Of a stretch of 64,000 nt of DNA, positions 47,376 to 56,377 are shown piece after piece. Both the position numbers and the translations under genes were made by a program. Every line of letters begins with the position of its first letter. Position 1 is the first letter of the stretch. The notes beneath the pieces are model-generated. The model was not told the DNA's origin and made no database searches. It saw only the letters and a list, made by a program, of their open reading frames with translations. This DNA comes from a virus, in IMG/VR virus record IMGVR_UViG_3300028024_000008, positions 89 to 64,088 of that record; one strand, 5' to 3'.

Positions 47376-47732
47376 ATGAGGATCTTGATCGCGGCGGCTT
47401 CGGCCGCCTTTTTGCTGCTCTGCGCGGCCGCCAGAGCCGATCCGGCGCCAGCCTGCATTCCGCTGCAAGCCGTCGTCATGCATATCGCGGCCAACAACCC
47501 CAGGCAACACTTCACACTGATCATCGCGTCACCAGCGGAAGCAGCACTTCTGGTGCCCTATCTCGCCAAGAGAGCCGGTCATCCGGAAATGAAGGGCGAT
47601 GACGTCGCCGCCTTAAGGGCCGATGGCGATCCCGGCAACTGGTACGCCATGGTCCTTTATCACGGCTGCGTCGAGATCGGCATGGCGGTGTCAATCGACG
47701 ATCTTCAATCGGTGCTTGGCCGCGGCACCTGA
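47376..47732 (+). CDS. Secreted hypothetical protein
   Basis: Signal peptide MRILIAAASAAFLLLCAAARA; AGGAG RBS. Confidence 0.65.
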   Translation: MRILIAAASAAFLLLCAAARADPAPACIPLQAVVMHIAANNPRQHFTLIIASPAEAALLVPYLAKRAGHPEMKGDDVAALRADGDPGNWYAMVLYHGCVEIGMAVSIDDLQSVLGRGT

Positions 47733-47768
47733 TAACGACCCCATCAACCAGCCTGAAAGGCAAGCATC

Positions 47769-48128
47769 ATGCTGAAAAGCCTGCTCACCCTCGAAAATCT
47801 CTGGAAGGGCCTCGGCCATATCACCCGCTGGGTCCTGATCCCGTTCCTGGTCCTGGCTGCGGTAATCGCCGGAGCGCTCATCATCAATGCCGACAGCATT
47901 GGTCTCGGCATCAAGAACACTGTCGCGGCGGCACTCTTCGTCTTTATGGCCGTGACGACGCTCTGGCTGTGCTCACGCTGGCTGGACTGGCTCTCCGAAA
48001 CGAGGTTTAAAAAAGATGTCGCTCCACTTCTCAAGCAGAACACTCTGGCTCTGGCTATCTATTACACTGGCCGCTGGATTGGCCTCGCCTTCCTGGTCGG
48101 CACAGTTTACGCCACGGTACGATTCTGA
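47769..48128 (+). CDS. Holin candidate (3 TM)
   Basis: Three hydrophobic segments; directly before the endolysin. Confidence 0.7.
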   Translation: MLKSLLTLENLWKGLGHITRWVLIPFLVLAAVIAGALIINADSIGLGIKNTVAAALFVFMAVTTLWLCSRWLDWLSETRFKKDVAPLLKQNTLALAIYYTGRWIGLAFLVGTVYATVRF

Positions 48129-48609
48129 CATCCGCGGTGCGGTCGCTCAGTTCTGGCCTGAAGGGCCGGATTGGACCTGGTGGAAGGCGCAGCTCTACCA
48201 GGAAAGCCGCCTGGACCCGCAAGCAATGTCTCCGGTGGGCGCAAGGGGGCTGGCGCAGACGATGCCAGCTACATGGGCAGAAATAACGCGCCAGCTGCAC
48301 TGGGGCAATGTCAGCCCGCATTCGCCGCGCCATTCGATCTATGGTGGTGCCTTCTATATGCGGCGGATGCAGCTCGCCTGGACCTTCAAGCGCACGATCG
48401 AGGAGCGCCAGAAGCTGGCCCAGGCAAGCTACAACGCCGGCACCGGCCACATCATCGAAGCCCAGGACGCCTGCCATGGCGCCTTGGCCTGGGATGAAAT
48501 CAAGGCCTGCCTGGCGCAGATCACCGGCGCCGCCAATGCCCAGCAGACCATCGACTACGTGACGCGGATCGCCGACTGGCGCCGGCAGATCCTCAGCACG
48601 CCGCACTGA
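48016..48609 (+). CDS. Lytic transglycosylase (SLT) endolysin with signal-peptide-like N-terminus
   Basis: KAQLYQESRLDPQAMSPVGARGLAQTMPATW and ASYNAGTG. Confidence 0.88.
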   Translation: MSLHFSSRTLWLWLSITLAAGLASPSWSAQFTPRYDSDIRGAVAQFWPEGPDWTWWKAQLYQESRLDPQAMSPVGARGLAQTMPATWAEITRQLHWGNVSPHSPRHSIYGGAFYMRRMQLAWTFKRTIEERQKLAQASYNAGTGHIIEAQDACHGALAWDEIKACLAQITGAANAQQTIDYVTRIADWRRQILSTPH

Positions 48610-48675
48610 TCACAGCCTGAATTTCCGATCCTTCAACCGCGCCGCCTGAACGGCAGCAGAGAGCGGAGCTTTGTC

Positions 48676-49446
48676 ATGGACAGACTTAAAAGCAATATCG
48701 GCCGGCGTTACGACTGGATCCCGGACCTGCCGGATCACCGCGATGATGTCTATCAGGTGAAGCGCCGTCTAGCGCTGCCGACGAAGGTCGATCTCTCGGC
48801 GAAATGCTCGCCGGTCGAGGATCAAGGCGATCTCGGCAGCTGCACCGCCAATGCGCTCGCCGGCGCCCTCGAATTTCTCGAGGATGTCGACGGCACGCCG
48901 TTCAAGGATATTAGCCGGCTCTTCATCTATTACGGCGAGCGGGCGATCGAGCATACCATCAACCAGGATAGCGGCGCGCAGATCCGCGACGGCGTCAAGT
49001 TCTTGCACCAGATCGGCGTCTGCTCTGAAGATCTCTGGCCCTATGTCATCGCCAAGTTCAAGCAGCGGCCGCCGGCAGCCGCCTATGCCGATGCCAGCGG
49101 CCGCAAGATCACCAGCTATAGCCGCGTCATCGGCATCAATGCGCTGCGGGCCTGCCTGGCGGCCGGCTTCCCGGTCGTGTTCGGCTTCACGGTCTATGAC
49201 GGCTTCGAGAGCGATGCCGTCGCCAGGACCGGCAAGCTGAACATGCCGAAACCGACGGAACGGGCGCTGGGCGGCCATGCCGTGCTGGCGGTCGGCTATG
49301 ACGACGGGACCAAGCGGGTGAAGGTCAGGAACAGCTGGGGCGCTGGCTGGGGCCTGAAGGGCTATTTCACGATGCCCTACGACTATATCGGCAATCCGCA
49401 GCTCGCCGACGATTTCTGGACCATCCGCGCCGGGAGCCAGCTGTGA
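48676..49446 (+). CDS. Papain-family (C1A, xylellain-like) cysteine peptidase
   Basis: DQGDLGSCTANA, GGHAVLAVGY and VRNSWGAGWG catalytic motifs. Confidence 0.92.
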   Translation: MDRLKSNIGRRYDWIPDLPDHRDDVYQVKRRLALPTKVDLSAKCSPVEDQGDLGSCTANALAGALEFLEDVDGTPFKDISRLFIYYGERAIEHTINQDSGAQIRDGVKFLHQIGVCSEDLWPYVIAKFKQRPPAAAYADASGRKITSYSRVIGINALRACLAAGFPVVFGFTVYDGFESDAVARTGKLNMPKPTERALGGHAVLAVGYDDGTKRVKVRNSWGAGWGLKGYFTMPYDYIGNPQLADDFWTIRAGSQL

Positions 49447-49916
49447 CCGGCCTCGTCAAGACCGGGCTCGCTTCTGTCACCGGTGGCACGTCGGTCTGGC
49501 TGCCTTGGGCGATCGCTGGTCTCATCATCGCCGGTCTCGGCGGTGCCGTCTGGGTGCAGACCTCGCGCCTGCATGCCGCCGAAACGGAAACCACCTCAGC
49601 CAAGCATGATCTCGGCATCGCGCAGTCGGATGTCACCCGCTGGACGGCTCATAGCAGCGAGCAGGATGCCGAGATCGCCAGCCTGAACAAGCAGCTCGCC
49701 CAGCGCGTCGCCGATGCTGCTGCCGCTGACCAGGCCGCCCAGGCGAATGCCGATGCCCAAGCGGCGGCCGTCGCCAATCTCCAGATCCAACTGAAACGAT
49801 TGAAGGAGCAGGCTCATGCGCATCCCGACCAGGTGCGGCCTCTTGGCCCTATTGTTCTTGACGTCCTGCGCAGCGGGCAAGCCGGAACCACTCCCGCCGC
49901 TCCCGGCAGGCACTAA
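49443..49916 (+). CDS. Inner-membrane spanin (Rz-like)
   Basis: N-terminal TM followed by coiled coil. Confidence 0.8.
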   Translation: MTGLVKTGLASVTGGTSVWLPWAIAGLIIAGLGGAVWVQTSRLHAAETETTSAKHDLGIAQSDVTRWTAHSSEQDAEIASLNKQLAQRVADAAAADQAAQANADAQAAAVANLQIQLKRLKEQAHAHPDQVRPLGPIVLDVLRSGQAGTTPAAPGRH

Positions 49917-50106
49917 GACCGTCTACGTCTATAAGCCGCTTCCCGACGAGCTGCGCCGGCCCTGCCCGAAGGTCGACTATGATCCGGCCGAGGTCGTCAA
50001 TGACGTCGATCTTGCCGGATTGTGGAAGCGCGAGCAGGCGAGGGGCGACTGCAACGAAGGCAAGCTGAACGCGATCGATAAGCTTTATCGGGGAGCACCG
50101 GAATGA
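49816..50106 (+). CDS. Outer-membrane spanin lipoprotein (Rz1-like)
   Basis: Lipobox LTSC, Pro-rich, overlaps the Rz 3' end in another frame. Confidence 0.8.
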   Translation: MRIPTRCGLLALLFLTSCAAGKPEPLPPLPAGTKTVYVYKPLPDELRRPCPKVDYDPAEVVNDVDLAGLWKREQARGDCNEGKLNAIDKLYRGAPE

Positions 50107-50216
50107 TCCGCGTCATTGCGCTTGCGGCCGCCCTGGCGCTCGCCGGCTGCGCAGCGCTGCTGGTCCGGCATCAGGATCACGGCTTCTCCCTCAAGATCCT
50201 GACCATCCATATATGA
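50103..50216 (+). CDS. 37-aa lipoprotein, absent from the ORF track
   Basis: Manual translation MIRVIALAAALALAGCAALLVRHQDHGFSLKILTIHI; LAGC lipobox; ATGA overlaps at both ends. Confidence 0.6.
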   Translation: MIRVIALAAALALAGCAALLVRHQDHGFSLKILTIHI

Positions 50217-50482
50217 CCGACGCGGTGAAACCCTCGGTGGGCGACGATTGCCATAACTGCAGAGGCGGCCGGCTCTACTACGATGGCGGCCTGGTGCGTG
50301 GCGTATCGCATCTGGCTTGCTTCGCCTGCGGCTGGCGCCCGGAAGCCGTCCAGGCCGGGCGGATGCCGCCGCGTGAGACCTTCTGGCTGACGGCCGAGGC
50401 TCGCGGGGTCAGCCGGGCGCAATTCGACCTGGAATGGGACGAATATCAGCGCTCAAAGCTGCCAAGCGTTAACCATTCCTAG
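50213..50482 (+). CDS. Hypothetical Zn-ribbon protein
   Basis: CHNC and CFACGW. Confidence 0.55.
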   Translation: MTDAVKPSVGDDCHNCRGGRLYYDGGLVRGVSHLACFACGWRPEAVQAGRMPPRETFWLTAEARGVSRAQFDLEWDEYQRSKLPSVNHS

Positions 50483-50539
50483 GTGGATTTTCCGATTGAG
50501 ACTTTGCTGCTATTCTATCCGCCTGGATAGGAGAACATC

Positions 50540-51619
50540 CTGCAGCGCAATTTCGGCCTCGACCTGATGCGAGCCGCCGCCATCCTCATGGTGGTGACGG
50601 TCCATGCGCCGAAGACATTCCCTGGCGAGCAGATTCCCTCCATGTTGAGCGTCGATCTGTTCTTCGCGCTGAGCGGCTTCCTGATTGCCCAGATGATGGT
50701 CGAGCGGTTCGATGGCATCTCGACTTGGCCGGCATTGCGGGCTTTCATGCTGAACCGCTGGCTGCGGATCTTCCCGCTCTATTACCTGACCCTCGCCGCT
50801 TTCCTCGTCTATGCCGCCCTGCGATATCCGCCGAGCTGGACCGGCGGATCGTTCGTGGCACCCTGGCAGTTCGTTTTCTTTCTATCGGACCTGACCGCCG
50901 GCCGGCCCAATGACCATGGCTATTTCTCCTTTTTCCTTGTCTCGTGGTCGCTGTCGATCGAGGAGCTGTTCTATTTCGGCTGCCCGCTGGTGGCGCTGCT
51001 GACCGGCCGGTGGCGCCGATCGCCGATATTCTGGATCTGCCTTGGCGCCGCAGTCATCGTCGCGACCATTTTGGCGCGGCTCTGGGTATATCTGCAGGTC
51101 GACGACGGATCCCTGACCGAGGATAGCGCCTATCGCCGCGCGACGTTCCTCCGGGCGGATGTCTTTGTCTATGGGGCGGCGATCTATTGGCTCTGCCAGC
51201 GGGGATTCTTTACCCGCCGGAATGCGCTGCTGGTCGCGGCCATCGGCCTTGTGACCTTGCTGTGGTGCGCCGTTCATTATATCGCCGCGCCGGACGGCTT
51301 TTTCAGCAAGATCTGGCTGCTGTCCCTGGTGCCGATGGCCTGCGCCATGCTGATCCCGGCGGCGATGATGCTGCCGGCGCCGAATGTGATCGGCGGCCTG
51401 ATCCGGCTGCTCAGCACGCGGACATATGCGCTCTATCTCACCCACATGCTGGTGCCGGCCGTCTGGTTCATCTTCGTGGCGATCACGCCGACAAACTATC
51501 TCTGGTCGCTGGCGATCTCATTCCTTCTCGCCAATCTCCTGCATATCGCCTTGGAGCGGCCGTTCATGCAGTTGCGCCCAATGGATGCATCACATAAGGT
51601 TCCCGCCCTGGCAGAATGA
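50540..51619 (+). CDS. Acyltransferase-3 (OafA-like) membrane O-acyltransferase; lysogenic conversion moron
   Basis: GLDLMRAAAILMVVTVH, VDLFFALSGFLI, RWLRIFPLYY, SWSLSIEELFY and TYALYLTH; start inferred at CTG 50540. Confidence 0.9.
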   Translation: MQRNFGLDLMRAAAILMVVTVHAPKTFPGEQIPSMLSVDLFFALSGFLIAQMMVERFDGISTWPALRAFMLNRWLRIFPLYYLTLAAFLVYAALRYPPSWTGGSFVAPWQFVFFLSDLTAGRPNDHGYFSFFLVSWSLSIEELFYFGCPLVALLTGRWRRSPIFWICLGAAVIVATILARLWVYLQVDDGSLTEDSAYRRATFLRADVFVYGAAIYWLCQRGFFTRRNALLVAAIGLVTLLWCAVHYIAAPDGFFSKIWLLSLVPMACAMLIPAAMMLPAPNVIGGLIRLLSTRTYALYLTHMLVPAVWFIFVAITPTNYLWSLAISFLLANLLHIALERPFMQLRPMDASHKVPALAE

Positions 51620-51628
51620 GGATGTGGG

Positions 51629-51796
51629 ATGACAACGGGGCAAACGATTCTGCTTGCCGGTCTGGCGGCGACTATTGTGACTGTTGCTGTCCTCAGGATG
51701 GATAGCAGCAAAACCACCAATAAGGCGATGTGTCAGGCAATTGCGGCGGCTGGCGCCGATCCTGCTAGGCAGTCTACAATCACCTGTCAGCCCTGA
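51629..51796 (+). CDS. 55-aa membrane-anchored protein
   Basis: Manual translation: N-terminal TM and two Cys. Confidence 0.45.
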   Translation: MTTGQTILLAGLAATIVTVAVLRMDSSKTTNKAMCQAIAAAGADPARQSTITCQP

Positions 51797-51802
51797 TCCC
51801 GC

Positions 51803-52048
51803 TCACGCTTTGCTGTCCGGTCGTTCGTTCCTCACCGGCAGGTCATAGCTGATGGAATGGGCCTTGAGCGGTTCGCCGCGGCGGATGATCCAGTTCGATG
51901 CCTCGATATGGTCTGCTAGCCAGCCGGCCAATATCTCGGGGTCGATCTGGTGCGCGCGTCGTTTGGCTGGGCTCAAGCGCTTCTGCAGTTCCATCCTGAG
52001 ATCAAAAGCCAGCGCCTTTTTGATCTCTGCCGACATCTTTTCGCCCAT
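51803..52048 (-). CDS. Hypothetical protein
   Basis: GGGGGAAG RBS. Confidence 0.5.
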   Translation of the reverse strand: MGEKMSAEIKKALAFDLRMELQKRLSPAKRRAHQIDPEILAGWLADHIEASNWIIRRGEPLKAHSISYDLPVRNERPDSKA

Positions 52049-52122
52049 GGCTTCCCCCGCTGAAATGTTCGCATATCGTTCTCATGTGGCAGGTAGGAGT
52101 CAAGACCGCTCGCGGCCTCGAA

Positions 52123-52320
52123 AAGGTGCGACAATGGGCTGAGGAAAAGGTGCGGAATGCTGGGACATTCGCCGACTGTCGCACTCTCGCTAAGCGGCTG
52201 ATTTTCTTCAATTGTGGCATGCCGTCCCTGGGCACCATCGCATTTCCAAGCATTTGAAAACGCTTCACTTTGTGCCGGCTTTTGTCGCACCTTTCGTGAA
52301 CTGCGCTTCAGGTGCGACAA
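52123..52320. other. attP: core CCGTCCCTGGGCACCA (52222-52237, a tRNA 3' end) flanked by integrase arm-type repeats AGGTGCGACAA
   Basis: Repeats at 52123-52134, 52147-52157, 52177-52185 (inverted), 52282-52293 (inverted) and 52310-52320; adjacent to the integrase 3' end. Confidence 0.8.
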
Positions 52321-53416
52321 TCTCGTTCTCTTTTGGTGCCTCGCGGCTGAGATATTTCATGCCGCTGGCGGCCAGCTTATTGCGGTTCGCCTTGCGGGTA
52401 TAGACCGCTGCTTGCTTCGGGCTTTCCCAGCCATAGATCGCCATCAGCTGGTATTCGGTAGCGCCGTTGTTCGCCGCGATCGTGGCGCCCGCCTTGCGCA
52501 ATCCATGCGCCGAGCAGCCGATCAGTCCCGCAAGGCGGCATTGCCTGCCGAACCAGTTGCCGAAGCCACCATGTGAGTAGGCCTTGCCGTGGTCGGTGAC
52601 GAGATAGGTCAGATGATTATTCGGCGTCGCGTCGAGCACTTGCTGCAGCTCAGGCAGCACCGGAATGAAGCGCTCCTTCAGCACCCGCTTGCGACCCTTC
52701 CATTCTCTGAAATGGAGGACGGGACCGCAATATTCTTCCATCTCGATATGTTTTGCCATTTGCCGCCCGAGCTTGATGACGTCTGACCGCCGCACGCCGG
52801 TAAAGAGCAATAGAGCCATCGCCAGGCGCGGCTTGGTTCCGATCGGCCAGCGCTTCTCGAACTGTGCGATCTCCTCAAGAGTCCAGGTATGGAACCCCTC
52901 GGGATTGTTGCTTTCCAGATAAGGCACGTCGGCCGCCGGGTTGGCCTCGGCGTATTCCATGGCGATTGCCCATTTGAAGACCTGCCGCAGCGCCTTGATG
53001 AAGCTGTTCGCCGCCTCTGGCCGGCTCGACATGGCGTCACGGTCCTGGCGTAGGTTCCGGGCCCGGAGTGGCTTGAAGGGCAGGTGGCCGTCTCGCTGGC
53101 TGAATTTCTCCAGGATCAGCTTCCGGGCATGCTGTGTCGCCGGCTCGAGGGTCTTGAATTCGGCGCTCTTGTAATACTCGGTCAGCAGCCACGCCAGGGT
53201 GCCACTGGCGGGCGCCAGGGCTTTCTTGGGCAATCCAAGGCCATTGGCGGCCCGGAACTCCAGCGCCTGCAGGCCGTCCTTGTAGCTCTGAAGGAAGGCG
53301 GTTGTGCCTGGCGCGCCCTTGACCCGGATCCGCTTGCCATGGCGCCTGACATACCATTTCTCGTTCCCGTGCCGATCGGTCTCATGGGAGAGATAGGGAA
53401 GGTCGATCTGGGTCAT
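52265..53416 (-). CDS. int: Tyrosine integrase
   Basis: FTGVRRSD, SAHGLRKAGAT and YGWES...AVY catalytic residues. Confidence 0.95.
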   Translation of the reverse strand: MTQIDLPYLSHETDRHGNEKWYVRRHGKRIRVKGAPGTTAFLQSYKDGLQALEFRAANGLGLPKKALAPASGTLAWLLTEYYKSAEFKTLEPATQHARKLILEKFSQRDGHLPFKPLRARNLRQDRDAMSSRPEAANSFIKALRQVFKWAIAMEYAEANPAADVPYLESNNPEGFHTWTLEEIAQFEKRWPIGTKPRLAMALLLFTGVRRSDVIKLGRQMAKHIEMEEYCGPVLHFREWKGRKRVLKERFIPVLPELQQVLDATPNNHLTYLVTDHGKAYSHGGFGNWFGRQCRLAGLIGCSAHGLRKAGATIAANNGATEYQLMAIYGWESPKQAAVYTRKANRNKLAASGMKYLSREAPKENEIVAPEAQFTKGATKAGTK

Positions 53417-53664
53417 CGCTTGTCCCAAGGGTTTTCCTCCTCGGAAGTTGGCAACGCGGAAAAGGCGGCGTCAAGGGCCAGCCGATCCCATATGACGCGA
53501 GTGTTAACCTTTTTGGCCTCCGGCATCCGGCCGTCTTTAACCATTTCATCGAAGAGGCTGGGCGAGACGCCGATATAGGCCGCCGCCTCGACGCGGGAAA
53601 GACCGCGGGGCGGGCAGGAGGCCGGCAGGATGTCAGCGCGGCGGCGCGGCGCCTCGACGTTCAC
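53413..53664 (-). CDS. xis: Excisionase (AlpA/MerR-like HTH)
   Basis: RGLSRVEAAAYIGVSPSLFDEMVKDGRMP; coupled to int. Confidence 0.85.
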   Translation of the reverse strand: MNVEAPRRRADILPASCPPRGLSRVEAAAYIGVSPSLFDEMVKDGRMPEAKKVNTRVIWDRLALDAAFSALPTSEEENPWDKR

Positions 53665-53957
53665 TATTGGGGCATCCTTCTCGGTTTCCTATGCAGGTCC
53701 TGTGGAGGATCGCGGTGCATTACCGCTCTTTTCATGTCGGGTCGCACCCGGCTGACATAGAGATGGACGCCATCAGCCTCTGGCAGTCCGTCCTCAGGCA
53801 TCAGGTAGTGAACCTGGTTAATTATCCAGATAACGCCACGGAGCTCTGAATCAGGCAGGCCAGTGAACTCGATCAGTTCGCCGACGCGAGGCACTACAGG
53901 GCTTTCCGATTGCGCGAAGCTCTCTTCTTCGTCTCTGTCAAAAAAATATAGATGCAT
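53664..53957 (-). CDS. Hypothetical protein
   Basis: VVPRVGELIEF; tiling with neighbours. Confidence 0.55.
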   Translation of the reverse strand: MHLYFFDRDEEESFAQSESPVVPRVGELIEFTGLPDSELRGVIWIINQVHYLMPEDGLPEADGVHLYVSRVRPDMKRAVMHRDPPQDLHRKPRRMPQ

Positions 53958-53978
53958 CTTGCTGCTCCGTCGCCGTCT

Positions 53979-54551
53979 TCAGGGCACCGCCCCGGTCGCC
54001 ATTTGCTTCGGTGGTGCGCACCGGTCCTCCTTCGGCGCCGTTTGGGCATAATGGCGGAGCGCCCGAATGATCAGATCATCGTGCGCGACCAGTAGGGCGT
54101 CGGTCACTTCCCTGTCGTCATAGTTCGAGGCCTTCATCCGCTCGATCTCGGCGATTACCCGGTGAGCCTCGGTGAACGTCTTCGGCAGCACACAAGGTGC
54201 GTCAGTCATGGGGTGACGGTCTTCGGCGGTATACTTCTTCTTAGCCAAGCTGGCGGGGTCGAGGGCGCGGATCTGATCGGCTAACACTGGATAGGCGCCC
54301 TGTATCCCGATCGCCGCCATCTCCAGCCCTTCGCGCAGGCAACGTTGGAAGGATGCCTCACTCTTCGCCGAATAATGTACGGGGCCTACCTTGAATGCAT
54401 CCCGCTCCTCGGTCATCGCCTCGATAAACGCATCTCTTTCATCAATCATTCTAAGCATAAATGCCGCCAAACTCTCGCCGGCCAACTCTGTAACCTTGAA
54501 ATCTTGAGTGACCATCTTTCTAATGTCAGCCAGTCTTTCTTCGTCCGTCAT
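53979..54551 (-). CDS. Hypothetical protein
   Basis: ATGA-coupled. Confidence 0.6.
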   Translation of the reverse strand: MTDEERLADIRKMVTQDFKVTELAGESLAAFMLRMIDERDAFIEAMTEERDAFKVGPVHYSAKSEASFQRCLREGLEMAAIGIQGAYPVLADQIRALDPASLAKKKYTAEDRHPMTDAPCVLPKTFTEAHRVIAEIERMKASNYDDREVTDALLVAHDDLIIRALRHYAQTAPKEDRCAPPKQMATGAVP

Positions 54552-54814
54552 GGCTTCACATCCGATTCAGAGAACAGCGTGTCGCAGATGATATCGGCTA
54601 TATTCACCGCCATCGCTTCCACCGGAAACTCTGGCGCGGCTTGGAGCATGGCGCGATAGGAGACGATCTCACCAACAATGACGTTAGCCTCCGGCCGCGT
54701 CATTGTTAGATGCTGCCGCGCCTCCCATCCGGCGTCCTGCATCTCTTCCGTCGCGCTCTCCGGCACCATGGCCCAGCGCGATCCGTCGATGGGGTTGATT
54801 AGGTAGGTTGGCAT
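54548..54814 (-). CDS. Hypothetical protein
   Basis: TAATG-coupled start MPTYL. Confidence 0.6.
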   Translation of the reverse strand: MPTYLINPIDGSRWAMVPESATEEMQDAGWEARQHLTMTRPEANVIVGEIVSYRAMLQAAPEFPVEAMAVNIADIICDTLFSESDVKP

Positions 54815-54975
54815 TATTGCATCCTCCAAACGACGCGCCCATTTATGTCTTCAACGCGCAATGTACCAGGATTGCATTCAGCAATTGCTTTGGCATCTTG
54901 GTCGTCTTTTAGTTCCACGGGATACCAACCGATGTCTCGAAAGAAGATGTAAACCGTCATTTCCGTATCTTCCAT
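54814..54975 (-). CDS. 53-aa hypothetical protein, absent from the ORF track
   Basis: Manual translation MEDTEMTVYIFFRDIGWYPVELKDD...; exactly fills the gap with overlaps at both ends. Confidence 0.55.
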   Translation of the reverse strand: MEDTEMTVYIFFRDIGWYPVELKDDQDAKAIAECNPGTLRVEDINGRVVWRMQ

Positions 54976-55634
54976 CACTCCCCTCGCGCGGCTTCGGCGG
55001 AGAGGAAGGCAGATATTTTCAGATCCAACGTTGCGTCACCGCCGCTGTCTTCATTCAGGATCGCTGGCGATTCGCCTTTGACCAAGTGATACAGTTCCTC
55101 CAGCAACTCCCGCGCCTCGTCGGGCTGTGTGGCGCGGAGGGCCGTCTGTGCATTAGAGATAGCGCCAAGCGCGCGATTACGGGCGCGCTCCATCATCAAT
55201 TCGGGTATTCGCTCGTCACCTGCTTCGTCATCATCCGCCGCCGCGACCGGCTGCGCTGCGCCGAAGGGGTCCACCCCAATATTGTCAGGCTTTGTTCGAA
55301 AGGCGTGCAGGATCTCGCTGGCAGATCGCCGCGATCCGCCAATGAGATCAGTTACCGCGTAATCGATCAGCTTCAATAATGCCGCTTCTGTCGGCGTCGC
55401 GAGGATCGGTTGCCATCCGCAGGTCGGGCATTGGCAGAGATCGGCATCAGGCGAGGTCGAATGCGCAAGGGCGGCTCGAGCCTTCCACGCTTCAACAGCT
55501 ATTCCATCATCTTTATCGTAGCACCAACCTAGCTCATAGGCTTTGGTTTCTGCACGCATGGGTGTTGCCCCATAAGGCTCGGGACGCTTTAATCCCCATG
55601 CGACAAATGCCTCCCGCTCGCGATCCGTGGTCAA
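54975..55634 (-). CDS. Hypothetical mosaic phage protein
   Basis: 219-aa ORF; AWKARAAL motif. Confidence 0.6.
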   Translation of the reverse strand: MTTDREREAFVAWGLKRPEPYGATPMRAETKAYELGWCYDKDDGIAVEAWKARAALAHSTSPDADLCQCPTCGWQPILATPTEAALLKLIDYAVTDLIGGSRRSASEILHAFRTKPDNIGVDPFGAAQPVAAADDDEAGDERIPELMMERARNRALGAISNAQTALRATQPDEARELLEELYHLVKGESPAILNEDSGGDATLDLKISAFLSAEAARGE

Positions 55635-56377
55635 GGCTTAGGCTCCCCGCAGCAAATAGTTTTGGAGGTCGGTAATTCGCCGAAATGTAGACGAGCTTTA
55701 TCTTGATCGAAGAACGCTTCGCCGCAGTGGAAACACACCCACGGCAGCCCAAACGGCATCGTATAAGTATCACCACCGCCATATTGAGGTATGCGATCTT
55801 GACGCGATAGACGAGCGCCAAGCCTACCCGTCAACCGCTCAATCTCCGCCTCCTTCTCGGCAAGCTGGCGGCGCAATTCGGTGATCTCTAAAGCCGTATC
55901 AACTATCTTACGTGTGTCAGCGACGACTTTGTCAGGGTCTTCACCGTTCGCAACCAAATCAGCACGCAACTCGTCTTCCGACATCTGCATGATTTTATCG
56001 ACTTCGGCATATTCTTGCAGACGCGCATTCTCTTCCTGCAACCGCTTCACTTCCTCGATCAGCGGCTTGGCTGCGCGGTCAAGACGTTCAATCTCAGCAA
56101 TGATCAGCGCGGCAGCGCGAACGAGATCGCGACGTCGGTCTTTTGGTTTCCACCACCTCCGACCCCAAGGCCATAACATCGACGGCTTGAATGTTTGGCG
56201 TTCCATCGGGTTATTTGGCCTCGGCTTTTCCATCATATAGCCGAGGGCATAGCAGGCTGCGGCCCTGGCCATCTCGCCGTGTGCGTGCTCATCATCATGT
56301 TCTGGCGTCCAGCCCTCGACGCTGATCTGTCGCTGGCGTTCGGCAATCACATCAGCGATGGCGCTAGTTTCTTTCAT
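55631..56377 (-). CDS. Conserved phage protein (AERQRQISVEGWTPEHDD...RRDLVRAAALIIAEIERLDR)
   Basis: Recognisable widespread phage motif. Confidence 0.75.
   Translation of the reverse strand: MKETSAIADVIAERQRQISVEGWTPEHDDEHAHGEMARAAACYALGYMMEKPRPNNPMERQTFKPSMLWPWGRRWWKPKDRRRDLVRAAALIIAEIERLDRAAKPLIEEVKRLQEENARLQEYAEVDKIMQMSEDELRADLVANGEDPDKVVADTRKIVDTALEITELRRQLAEKEAEIERLTGRLGARLSRQDRIPQYGGGDTYTMPFGLPWVCFHCGEAFFDQDKARLHFGELPTSKTICCGEPKP

Noticed and set aside
50567-51800. Host chromosomal flank marking a prophage boundary
   Set aside because: Phage genes and attP continue on both sides; better explained as a moron
52222-52237. tRNA gene at the GGGCACCA sequence
   Set aside because: Only the 3' 16 nt are present, with no T-loop, anticodon or D arm upstream; treated as the att core
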